A stretch of DNA of 64,000 nt from Candidatus Omnitrophota bacterium (lineage in GTDB: Bacteria; Omnitrophota; Gorgyraeia; Zapsychrales; Zapsychraceae). The notes below the pieces were generated by a model, which was given only the letters and a program-made list of their open reading frames with translations, was not told the origin of the DNA and searched no databases. Shown here piece by piece: positions 47,001-56,200 of this stretch. The stretch lies in NCBI GenBank assembly GCA_029261055.1, contig JAJDCA010000003.1, positions 3,641 to 67,640 on the forward strand, read 5' to 3'. Both the position numbers and the translations under genes were made by a program. How positions within the stretch are numbered: the first letter of the stretch is position 1; each line of letters starts with the position of its first letter.

Positions 47001-49269
47001 GTTCATCTGCGTTGATGTCAATATTATTTATACTTGACGTAATTTTATTATTTATTTTTATTAAAGTTGTTGTTTTGATATTTTTTTCAATTTCAGAAGT
47101 ATTTTGTACAGAATTCGTATTTGTATAAATTGCATCAATTTGGTTTTTTTGATGACTTTCCAATCCATCAATCTGCTGCGCTAATTCTTCAAGCGGCTTC
47201 TGGACTTCTTCAATCATCATAGAATGATCCACTATCCATTGAAATTTATCTGAAGGTATCTTTCCCTCAAATTTTTCAACAAACTGATTAACAAGATCTA
47301 TGTTATTTGATATTTCTTGAGTAACGTCTTCTGATTCAAGCATTTGCTCTATTTTTTTGGTTAATGGGTTTGTTTCATACAATTCTTTAAAATCATTTTG
47401 AAGGTTAGTTACCATATTTCGTACTATTCCTTCTGTGAATTTGTTTTGTTTTTCTGCAACTATATCTGTTAATGACTTTATATCTTCCGGTCGTTCTTGC
47501 TTTGCGTTAGCTACCGCCGTAATGAAATTTTGAACGAGAGTTACTTCTTCATTTTTCGCAGAAATGAAGCCATGCTCTTCGGGATTGTTAAAAAAAGTGT
47601 TTTTTCTTTTTTTTACGATCGCAGCATACGAGGGTATTTTTTGTAGAAAATTATTATTATATTGAGATTCAATATCCTGCACAATATTTTTTAATGCCTG
47701 TAGAGAAGGGGATCTTGTGTATCTGATATGCTTTACATCCATCACTTTTTCAATAAAAATTTTAACAGCATTTAATTCTTTAGGTTCAACAAAGATTTGT
47801 TCCTTCATTTTTTGATGATAACTATCATCTCCGGAAGAGTTAATATATTTATTGCGTAGCTCTTTTATTCCTTTGTAAGCAGTAAAAATATTGTAGCCGG
47901 TATACTTCTTGTCTAATGTATTTAAAATAGTTTCTAATTCTTTAATGGAAAGGGTAGTGCCTTGTATTATCAACCTCGCACGCATTGTTTCCAAATCTTC
48001 GGGCAATTGAGAATTATCAACCTGTTGTAGAAAGGTTGCTTTTGATATTTCCGTTATCGCCGCATTATTAACAATCCCTAGCGTATTGGTCGCCACTTGC
48101 CAGTTTATTCCGGTTTGAAGTTCTTCAACCTCTAGTTTTGTAACGGTCATAGAACTGTCAAGGATCATTGCGACATCTGTAATTTTTGTTCCACCGGAGA
48201 AATATTTGCGGGGGATGATTTCTTGGGTGGCCGGGTCATAGTCTTCTTTAATCAGGTCGTAAACGCCTTTTTTAAAGGATTCCACGTATTGGTCGTAAAT
48301 TTTTTGATTAATCTGTTTATCTTGTGTGTCTACACCCAAAGTTTTATTTTGATCCACAATCATATGACCCAATAAACTTTCTTTGAGGTTTTTTTTGTAC
48401 CAGGTAGCCAGAATCACTGAATTGTAGACTTGACGCAATTGAGAAAACGTGGTGCCTTGGTTGACTTCCTTTTCAATGGCCGGGATCAGGACCTCTCGAA
48501 CGACATCAGAGGAAACTCCACTGACAATTTTAGCTTCATCCGTCACAAGGCTGTCTAGACCGAATGATTCTTTATCCATATTTTCTTGTAGGGCCACATA
48601 ATCTTCTTCCAGCATTACTTTAAGGTAACTGTCTGTCACAAACACGCTGGATTCCCGCTCATAAACTGAGGCTTTTTCAGGCACAATCCATATTTTATTA
48701 AAGGTATTCATCGGAATATCCGTGGTGCCAAACCGGGCATAGGCTTGTTCATGCACTTTATTCCAAAAATCAGCGCCTAATTCCTCTTCAGGGTACATTA
48801 AGGAGGCGGTTACCTGTTTGAGCATGTAGTCTTGAGCCAAAAGGTCGCGGCCCATTTGGGTATCGCCAAAATTTTCCGGAATAATACGGTCAGATTCATA
48901 CGGGGAAAGGTTTACCCACATATCTTCATGGGGAATAGTTAATGAAGCTAGAAAATATTTGATTAAACGGGTGGATTCGGCCTTTAATTCATCGCCTTCA
49001 ATGTCTGTATCCCCTGTATTGATCATAAAATTGATACGCAGTGGATCATTCGCATGAAAGGTAAGCCCATTCATCAAGGGTGGCGTAAAAACGTCGCTTA
49101 AGGGGATCATCGTTCCGGGAATCGGCAAATTTAGTACATTTTGTGGCGCGGTCTGCGCTCGGACCACGGAAGGTGGCATAATGGTTGTAGCGCTGAAAGT
49201 TATAGCCATTAAAAGAGATATGACTCTGTAGGGTAATCGTATGCATCGTTTTTGCATGGACAAGTTCAT
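44041..49269 (-). CDS. 1742-aa secreted/membrane-anchored giant protein containing an intact phosphoglycerate kinase domain (approx. 45300-46620) flanked by uncharacterised regions
   Basis: N-terminal signal/anchor. The PGK motifs are all present: KRVAMRLELNVP, HMGRP, VLENVRFNKAE, NDAFGAAHRNHAS, VVGGSKVSDKI, FWNGPMGAFD and TGGGDSVTA. Confidence 0.8.
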   Translation of the reverse strand: MNLSMQKRCIRLPYRVISLLMAITFSATTIMPPSVVRAQTAPQNVLNLPIPGTMIPLSDVFTPPLMNGLTFHANDPLRINFMINTGDTDIEGDELKAESTRLIKYFLASLTIPHEDMWVNLSPYESDRIIPENFGDTQMGRDLLAQDYMLKQVTASLMYPEEELGADFWNKVHEQAYARFGTTDIPMNTFNKIWIVPEKASVYERESSVFVTDSYLKVMLEEDYVALQENMDKESFGLDSLVTDEAKIVSGVSSDVVREVLIPAIEKEVNQGTTFSQLRQVYNSVILATWYKKNLKESLLGHMIVDQNKTLGVDTQDKQINQKIYDQYVESFKKGVYDLIKEDYDPATQEIIPRKYFSGGTKITDVAMILDSSMTVTKLEVEELQTGINWQVATNTLGIVNNAAITEISKATFLQQVDNSQLPEDLETMRARLIIQGTTLSIKELETILNTLDKKYTGYNIFTAYKGIKELRNKYINSSGDDSYHQKMKEQIFVEPKELNAVKIFIEKVMDVKHIRYTRSPSLQALKNIVQDIESQYNNNFLQKIPSYAAIVKKRKNTFFNNPEEHGFISAKNEEVTLVQNFITAVANAKQERPEDIKSLTDIVAEKQNKFTEGIVRNMVTNLQNDFKELYETNPLTKKIEQMLESEDVTQEISNNIDLVNQFVEKFEGKIPSDKFQWIVDHSMMIEEVQKPLEELAQQIDGLESHQKNQIDAIYTNTNSVQNTSEIEKNIKTTTLIKINNKITSSINNIDINADELHDLLTTIESNKSNPSIVKTSKLVLNHIFEPFVNLDLAKNDKELFNNIPENAKQVTTHEGLITYSLGTSKNKGVEYYLLQHIRGGDAASDNRAVADDVRRLLAGDTVNLRDNAMASTKNLKDLSDEELKDKRVAMRLELNVPIDEKTGEITDDTRIAESIPTIKYLMDKSPEMIIITAHMGRPEGQEDPTLSLKKVVKNIAEKLWDDGLGRIYYNPIFKTMADVEAYMQRPGVDEKAFKNSIIVLENVRFNKAETILSEAEDVLKAAKKSSDPHVIQIAKENVEKARETHSQFSQKLYKGVDVFINDAFGAAHRNHASVTGAEGIVPIRVSGLLLDKELKMAEKVRTNTGLAVVGGSKVSDKIIMLETLLKNPNLKKLLIGGAMANAFLKAQKIDMGASLAQDKDVELAKELFRKYSDKIILPIDGVVADKFEEGANNRIITDIREGVEDGWMMVDIGPKTVQLFTSEIQKISEENPEQSIFWNGPMGAFDVLSFAQNGTKDVGKSLALADNLTVTGGGDSVTAINQFEIKGIKFISTGGGSFLKLLEGGSNALPGVATLTKVIITQESDTNFQSNDVEKELMIIYSRKNPENQKTKDLYFRVSAQFFPEEGHTHFKIVEETVIGPENKIKQDELRKGTYKGDFRKNEDAFKREILFQIPIINNDINRIAKHTDVREAADVFNNQIIMKGVDNSMSSDITNHVSSIVDAMNKKIPEDGFLLTFKNIEQVEVSETNNLIELKKELPNLKSYLNIFIELHKNKFSEERLEIFASKQMFMDLVIKNAEANKGDIVDMIKSVQRSVRLAKKAYGQKILDQAQKDLNLNFDFNNQNQKLKNILNEQQITYSKDSPLLKESNIISLLQNLADNAMLENRVKVSQPNKTGGINLDPAMLKFEVKRDGNGIVLPFAQQPDAAMRVDGVVPVILNVIRIPSMLPLLGLSESDMDSDFSRTAPGLFGSPTQGDVSWLDRYRQKFCRKEIDASPHIG

Positions 49270-49463
49270 CTGAAATATCCTCCGGTTTTAATCTTTATTA
49301 AAAATGGGTAAAAAACGCAAAGAAAGCGTTTTTTATTGACTATATTTGAAGTGTAACATATTTTTGGCATGAAGTGCAAGGTGGGGAGCAAAAAAATTAA
49401 AAAATATTGAATAATTTGTGGAAAAGTAAAAAAATATATTATAATTATTTAAATCAAGCGGTA

Positions 49464-49853
49464 TTAGATAAATCGGTCAGGTGATGTTTCAAAAAATAAG
49501 GCTAATTTTTTTGCCAGCTCTTTGCTAATCGGCCTGCGACCGTTTTCCATGTCAGATATATTCTGTCTGGAAAGAGTGCGGTTTGATATTTCACTTAAGT
49601 GTTTGGCCAAAGCTGGTTGTGTTAGTCCTCGATTTTCGCGATAGTGCCGTAGAGCTTTTTCTGGTGTGATATTCGCTTTTGTTTTTTTATACCAATCAGA
49701 GGTAAAGGGGTCGATGAGTTCATCATCGTTTTGAATAATGGAATAATCCTTGCCAAACTCACTTTGTAAATATCGGACAAGTTTTCTTGGGATACGTCCC
49801 TTCACTTCAAATAAATTTTGTCTAGTATGGGGCTTTTTCACGACTACCTGCAT
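49464..49853 (-). CDS. HigA-like XRE-family HTH antitoxin
   Basis: C-terminal HTH (GLTQPALAKHLSEISNRTLSRQNISDMENGRRPIS). It lies downstream of the RelE-fold toxin and overlaps it. The start was trimmed to an internal Met. Confidence 0.65.
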   Translation of the reverse strand: MQVVVKKPHTRQNLFEVKGRIPRKLVRYLQSEFGKDYSIIQNDDELIDPFTSDWYKKTKANITPEKALRHYRENRGLTQPALAKHLSEISNRTLSRQNISDMENGRRPISKELAKKLALFFETSPDRFI

Positions 49854-50091
49854 AATACACCTCCACAATAATGCTTCCCGTTTCCCATCGCCAGCAAGCG
49901 ACATATTTGTAAGTCAAATGGCAATGATACTTATTCTGTCCAAGTTTACTAAAGTTAGCCCAATTTGGCTGTATTGGGCCGGTATCTTTTAAATCATTTA
50001 ATAAAAGAACAAATTTTTCTTGAATATTTTTTGGTAGTTTCTTAAGATTTTTATCAACAGTTTTCGTTATTTTTATAATAAAATGATTCAT
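49822..50091 (-). CDS. RelE/ParE-superfamily (HigB-like) toxin
   Basis: 89 aa. A conserved C-terminal region (WRWETGSIIVEVYY) is typical of RelE-fold mRNA interferases. The toxin precedes the antitoxin, as in HigBA. Confidence 0.65.
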   Translation of the reverse strand: MNHFIIKITKTVDKNLKKLPKNIQEKFVLLLNDLKDTGPIQPNWANFSKLGQNKYHCHLTYKYVACWRWETGSIIVEVYYAGSREKAPY

Positions 50092-50281
50092 TTAAAGTAT
50101 ACCTAATAATTGGGTACATGTCAATGTGTACATAATTTTTTGTGGGGAAATTAAAAAATGAATTCAGAGGAGTGATTTAAGTGAATCTTGTGGGGATGTG
50201 AACCATATTGTATTGGAGTATTTATTTTTGTCAAATTCTAAAATTTTATACAATTTTTATACAAAAAATCTAAAATAATAG

Positions 50282-51586
50282 TTATTCATGATTTTCCATT
50301 TTCACCGCTTTTTTAAATTTTTTTAACTGCTCGCGATAGAAGTCTACAGAAGGGTGCTTTTCGATGAGATTTTTTTCAATAGCGATAGCTTCGTCAATAC
50401 GGTTGAGTTTGTACAGAATTTCGGCTTTGGTATCTAAGAAGGCTGATTCTTCAGAGGAAATGGTGAGTGCTTGGTTAATGAACTCAAGAGCTTTATCTAA
50501 TTGGACATTTTCTTCGGCATAAAGCCAGGCGAGATCATTGTAAATTTCAGCGCGTTCAGGTTCTTTAGTCAGACTTTCTAATAGAAGTGTTTCTTTAGTG
50601 CTTGCATCAAGCATAGGGTATTGGGATATGTATTGGGCGTAGGCTGGATTGGATAATGTGAGTATGATTATAGGAATAATAATTGAAGAGGCATTATAGA
50701 CATAGTGAAAAACAATTGATGGAATGATAGATCCGCTGGAAGCACGCAGCATTGTTAAAATAAATCCTAATAACATCACGGCACTAATGGCCAGCCAGTC
50801 TCCCCAGTATTGGGCCACATGTGAGAGTCCAAAAAAGAGTGAAATACTGACGACGGCAAATGTTGTGCCTTTCAGGCGCTGCAAGACTTGAAAGAAATAC
50901 CCTCGAAAAATGACTTCTTCAAGAAATGGGGCGGCCAAAATTGCAAGAAGAATAAACATTATAAGGGCCCCTGCAGAAGGTGTGGTGGTTAAGATTTCGC
51001 TTAAGGGGGTGTTTGGGCTTACTTTACGTGTTGTAATCAGGAATGATGCGATTGTTGCAAAGGTCAAACTCAAGAAAGCCGGTCTGAGGACTAAGGTAAA
51101 AAAAGATTTTCCTTTGTGGTCGAGTCCAAGACTTTTCCAAAATCCAATGTTAACTGGCCTTCGCACGGTTTTATAGATAAGAAAAATAGTTAAAAAGGAG
51201 GAAAAAATAGTAATGATTATCAGGTTCCATAATTCAGTTTTGAGTGGCGTAAATATTAATGAAGCTACTTCGAGTACGATTGCAAAAATAGTTATACCCA
51301 GGGTGGATAAAATAATGATGCCCGTGGCATCCAACCCTGTATCTTCTCTAGTAAGATATAGCCCTTCTTCCGAAGCCGCATTATCCTTTTCGATAATATT
51401 GAGAATTTTGTAACGTTTGATAAGATATATTGGTACGGTAATAATTGAAAATAAAAAAGTTAAAACAGCTAACCACACTGGTTTAAACTTGATGTGTTCA
51501 AAGTACAGGTCGGCACCTTTTTTATGTAGAAAATAGGCATCAAGATAAACAACCAAAGAAAAAGCAAAAATATACGTAATCGACAT
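50282..51586 (-). CDS. CPBP-family (CAAX/Abi) intramembrane metalloprotease with C-terminal TPR repeats
   Basis: EEVIFRGYFF...FGLSH...H motifs in the TM region. TPR-like helices lie in the last ~110 aa. Confidence 0.75.
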   Translation of the reverse strand: MSITYIFAFSLVVYLDAYFLHKKGADLYFEHIKFKPVWLAVLTFLFSIITVPIYLIKRYKILNIIEKDNAASEEGLYLTREDTGLDATGIIILSTLGITIFAIVLEVASLIFTPLKTELWNLIIITIFSSFLTIFLIYKTVRRPVNIGFWKSLGLDHKGKSFFTLVLRPAFLSLTFATIASFLITTRKVSPNTPLSEILTTTPSAGALIMFILLAILAAPFLEEVIFRGYFFQVLQRLKGTTFAVVSISLFFGLSHVAQYWGDWLAISAVMLLGFILTMLRASSGSIIPSIVFHYVYNASSIIIPIIILTLSNPAYAQYISQYPMLDASTKETLLLESLTKEPERAEIYNDLAWLYAEENVQLDKALEFINQALTISSEESAFLDTKAEILYKLNRIDEAIAIEKNLIEKHPSVDFYREQLKKFKKAVKMENHE

Positions 51587-51698
51587 ATTGAAAAGTATAC
51601 AATATTTTAGATGGAAAAACTAATAGTCTGTTAATAAAAAATACTTGCGAAGATAATATAAATGTTATACACTTAAGTATAACTAAAGGAGGTTCAAT

Positions 51699-51953
51699 AT
51701 GATTATGAAAGTTTTTAATAAAGGTCAGGTTGTTATTCCAGCACGTATTCGTAAGACTTTAGGGATTGAAATAGGAGATGTGGTGGATGTAGAAATTAAT
51801 CCACAAAAACGTAGTTTAGAGCTTAAGGTAACCGATCAAAAAAAAGCAAAGGCTCTTGCCGGTTGTTTTCGAAAATATAAAAAAAACATACCATTTCCTT
51901 CTCGTAAGAAAATGCATGAAACCTTTACAAAAGGATTGATGAATGAAAAGTAA
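51699..51953 (+). CDS. AbrB/MazE-type (SpoVT_AbrB) antitoxin, VapB-like
   Basis: Swapped-hairpin N-terminus (KGQVVIPARIRKTLGIEIGDVVDVEI). It overlaps the downstream PIN gene by 11 nt. Confidence 0.7.
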   Translation: MIMKVFNKGQVVIPARIRKTLGIEIGDVVDVEINPQKRSLELKVTDQKKAKALAGCFRKYKKNIPFPSRKKMHETFTKGLMNEK

Positions 51954-52359
51954 GTTAATGGATACAAATGTTATTGTGCGTTATTTTGTAGAAGATCCAG
52001 TTAAGGTGCATTCAAAGTTTAAAGGGGTTTTTTCGTTTTTTCCAAAGGTAGAATCAGGTGCTGTGAGTGTGGAACTTCCGGATTTAGTTGTTTTTGAAGT
52101 TTTTTTTGTTTTGACCAACATTTATAAAATTCCACAAGTTGATGCAGCACAAAAACTTAGTGATCTTATTGCGTTTCGAGGGTTTTTGATGCAGAATAAA
52201 CCTCTTATGACCTCTTGTCTTCAAAAATTACAAAAAGAAAAAATCGATTTAGTTGATGCTTATTTGCTTTCTCTTGCGAAACAAAAAGGAATTTTGGCTG
52301 TATATTCTTTTGACAAAGATTTATCCAAACACGGCCTGCAATTGGCTGATGTGAAGTAG
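51943..52359 (+). CDS. PIN-domain toxin (VapC-like)
   Basis: Acidic residues at MDTNVIV, ...DAYL... and SFDKD, with the right spacing for PIN. Confidence 0.75.
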   Translation: MKSKLMDTNVIVRYFVEDPVKVHSKFKGVFSFFPKVESGAVSVELPDLVVFEVFFVLTNIYKIPQVDAAQKLSDLIAFRGFLMQNKPLMTSCLQKLQKEKIDLVDAYLLSLAKQKGILAVYSFDKDLSKHGLQLADVK

Positions 52360-52368
52360 GTTTAAGGA

Positions 52369-53208
52369 ATGGCTTTTAAATCATCACTCCAATTTTCTAT
52401 TATTATTCCCACGCATAATAGGCGGGCTTTTCTTGAAATCGCGGTCTCTTCTGTTTTGAAGCAAAGTGATGCGGATTTTGAGTTGATTGTTGTCGATGAT
52501 GGATCAACCGATGAGACCAAGGATTATATTCAAACCATTCATGATCCACGCTTTGTGTATTGTTATCAAAATAATCAAGGGGTTTCCAAGGCACGTAATG
52601 CGGGGCTGAAGCAGGCTCGAGGTCAATGGATTGCCTTTCTGGATTCGGATGATCAATGGACACCACAGAAGTTAGAAATAACACGGCAATATATCGAAAA
52701 GTTTCCTTCTATTTCAATATTTTACACGGAAGAAGTTTGGTATCGCAATGGTGCAATTTTAAATCAAAAGAAAAAACATAAAAATCCGGATGGGCATGTT
52801 TATATTCAGGCTCTTCCCTTATGTTGTATGAGCATATCGACAGCCGTGATTAATCGTACCGTTTTTGAGGCAATTGGCATATTTGATAAAGATTTCGTTG
52901 CGTGTGAAGACTATGATTTTTGGTTACGGGCCACGCATCGTTATGAAGTCAAATTAATCCCTGAGGCTTTGACTCTTAAAGACGGCGGTCGGCCGGATCA
53001 ACTGTCTTCCAGCATTTGGGGATTGGATCGGTTTCGCATCAAGGCCTTGTCCAAGATGCTTAAAAGTGGGCAGCTTTCCAAAAAAGATTATGCTGCAACC
53101 TATCAAGAAATACTTAAAAAATCGCGTGTGTATATAGCTGGAGCTAAAAAACGAGGGAAAATTGAAGAGGTTCGAAAAATGGTATCAGATCTTAATCGTT
53201 TTAAATAA
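52369..53208 (+). CDS. family 2 glycosyltransferase
   Basis: FSIIIPTHN...VVDDGSTD...NQGVSKARNAGL...DSDD matches the GT2 motifs. Confidence 0.85.
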   Translation: MAFKSSLQFSIIIPTHNRRAFLEIAVSSVLKQSDADFELIVVDDGSTDETKDYIQTIHDPRFVYCYQNNQGVSKARNAGLKQARGQWIAFLDSDDQWTPQKLEITRQYIEKFPSISIFYTEEVWYRNGAILNQKKKHKNPDGHVYIQALPLCCMSISTAVINRTVFEAIGIFDKDFVACEDYDFWLRATHRYEVKLIPEALTLKDGGRPDQLSSSIWGLDRFRIKALSKMLKSGQLSKKDYAATYQEILKKSRVYIAGAKKRGKIEEVRKMVSDLNRFK

Positions 53209-53225
53209 GCAACGATAGGATAATT

Positions 53226-56200
53226 TTAATGCTTTGGGTTTATGGTGATACTTCGCTCTTTTTCTAAAAATATTTCCCCTTCATCAAGAATATCCTCTAC
53301 TTGAAAGAATTTAATTTTGATAGGATAACGCGTTGATTCAGAAGAAAAATTAAAATATTTATGCGAAATTCTAATAGTTTCTGATTGGCCAGGTCTAATG
53401 CGCACTGTTTTTACATCTTCTGCCAGGATATCAAATACGCGATCCTGCCCCCAATCAACCACAGCTTCTACTTTAACTATTGCCGAATCCTGGGAAGATA
53501 TCACGGCTTTAATAACGACATCATCTCCTGACGTAATATCACTGCCACAAGCCACCGTCCCTAAACCATCCGGATTGTCACAAAGAATTTCAAAATTCTT
53601 GATTGTGAGTAATGATTGAGGAATAACCTTAACATCCGGATACGTTTTAGTAATACTCAATCCTTGATCATTTATTAATTTTAATGTTACAGTATAATTT
53701 TCTTCCACACTAACAGGATCATATGGGTGTGAATAAGATAAAGATTTTCTGGATGACACAGTAAAAGATTCAATAGTCTCTACAGTTCCGTCCCCATAAT
53801 CAATAGAACCGTGCAGTGTTTGTGTTGTGTCAAATGCTCTGATAGTCGCCTTTAGATTCGCTAATCCCCATGAACCATCAAGGATATCATTATTAATTTC
53901 CACATTACCATCTTCTATCCAAAAATCAGGATACACCGTTATCGTTTTTGATTGTTCCTGGGTGTAATTATTATCATGGACTTTTACTCTAATAGCATAT
54001 TCTTTGGGATCTGTTAGGGGCAGAGTGTACGTTTTTAATTTATTTATTTGAAAGTTATTTCCCGGGCTGATGGTAAATGGTGCTATATCTTTTGCACCAT
54101 CTCCCCAAGATAATCTCCCCGCTAAATTAACGGTTTTTACTGTGCTAATTTCTGCCTTTATCTCAAATTCTTTTCCAATATTCACGCGCGAGGGGGCTGA
54201 TAAAGATGCTATTGAAAAGGCCGCGTTGCCTGCATGATTCACAGATACTGGCACATCTTTTTTTACAGTTTTGTCATCCCCCGACACCTCTACACTAATA
54301 TTATAATTTTCTGTATACGGAGCTAGCCCCTTTGTAAAATTAGATTGTTTATATTCATGTGTTGTTGCCGTTGCTGTGTATGTTCCGTCAGAACCAATCA
54401 AAAAATTTCTGGGCCCATTATTAAAGGAATCTTCTTCACCATCCCCCCAATAAACCCTTCCGTTAAGATTTGCCCCGGGGGTCCCCGTCACAATAATTGA
54501 AAGCATTACTGTTTCATTTTCAGCCACGAATTCTTTATTCAGCGTGACTGAATCAATATTAAACACATCGAAACAATTTGTTTCTGCACATCCAGGAGGA
54601 GATATTTCTACACATTGCCCTAAATTATTACACTTTTGTCCTGAAGAACAATCATTAACATCGACACATTCCGGAGGATCAATCACCGGACCATCATTAT
54701 CCCTATTATCCAGTCCTTTCGGTAATGCCAACTCTTGGACAATAGTAAACGTACGCTTATGTTCATTTTGCATTTTATTATTCATGACCACCCTAACCCG
54801 TTTATTGGCTGGATTGGAATCGGCATACGTATAAGAACGAAAATTTCCAGGCTGATCTATCAAAAATCCTGACTTAACAAAAGAATCGTTAGGATCAGCA
54901 GGCCCCCAACCTCCTAATGAATCGCCTCTTTCAAAATAAATTTTGGCATCAAACCAGTCACGATTATATAAAGGCATAACATTGACCTTTAGACAGTTTG
55001 TACAGGAATTTTGACCTGCAACAATATTTTTGTCTACAGACCACACAGATGATGCATAAGGCATCATCGGCCATTCAACAGTTTTTGTTATGGCATCTTG
55101 TCCTAAATTATTTTTGACTGTTAAGGTGACTTCGTATGTGGCTGGAGATACGATACGTCCTTTTTCCATAAACGTAAATTCACGATGGTTTGTTGATCCT
55201 TCATCCAAGACTGTTTCCGTGCCTGTTTTCAAATTACGAAATTTCCATACATGACTGCTCATTCCGCCACCGACCGAAGTGCTTTGAAAATAATATTTCT
55301 CTTGAGGGTCAAAACTTCTCTGATAATACTTAAAATCTGCGATGGGGGCTGACTCTGCAGAACTGGAGGCCTGTACAGACATAAACCCTTCCGCTCTCCT
55401 CGTTGAAAGAAACGGGGAATCTTCCACAGTAAAAAAGTCCGATTCAGAAACTAACCTGTTTTGTGGGGTAACTTTAAGGCCTCGGGAAAAATTAACATTT
55501 ATAAAAAAAGTATGTCCGCCGAATTTATTAGATACCGTCAGTTCGACACGATAACTCCCATCATTAAAGGCATGTTCAAATACCGCATTATTACCGCGTT
55601 TAATTACGGTATCATTATCATCAAGCGTATCCCCTTTTGTATCAATTACCTTCCATTCCCGGCCTGTCACCTGTCCTGTTGAGACGTCTTCATAAGTTAC
55701 TGTACGTCCACTCGTGCTTTGTTCTCTGAAAAATGCTGTAGGCACATTCGGGTCAATGATAAACGTGGTTACGCTGCTGCCATCACTTGTATTATCGAAA
55801 GGAAGACTGTTCGGACAGGTTTGCCCATCGGCCGTCACCGCCGTACGAAATTGACTTGGGCTCAAGCTCTGTCGGGTGAACGAACTGTTTTTAACCAATT
55901 TACCATTCTGCCCACGATTCACAAACACCTCTTGAGAAGCCATCACCGTAAGATTTTTGGAAATAACATTGACTGTGTAACGGTCTGCTTCATCGTAAAA
56001 ACGCGTAGCCGTAATCCCGCCGGGTTGTGTAACCCCATCACCAAACTCCCAACGCATAATTTTAGTGGTATCTACATGAGACACTTTAAATGATACCTGT
56101 CCGGGATTATTTTTTTCATCCGGGAATCGATACTCCAAAAGTCCCTGTCCAGTTTTTCCTCCATCAGAAGGAATTAAACCTTTGGGGGCGGGGCAGGCAT

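Noticed and set aside
49270-49463. Plus-strand TTGACT...TAACAT promoter-like hexamers upstream of the giant PGK gene
   Set aside because: No plus-strand gene follows for more than 2 kb. This is probably chance AT-rich sequence, and the real minus-strand promoter was not resolved.
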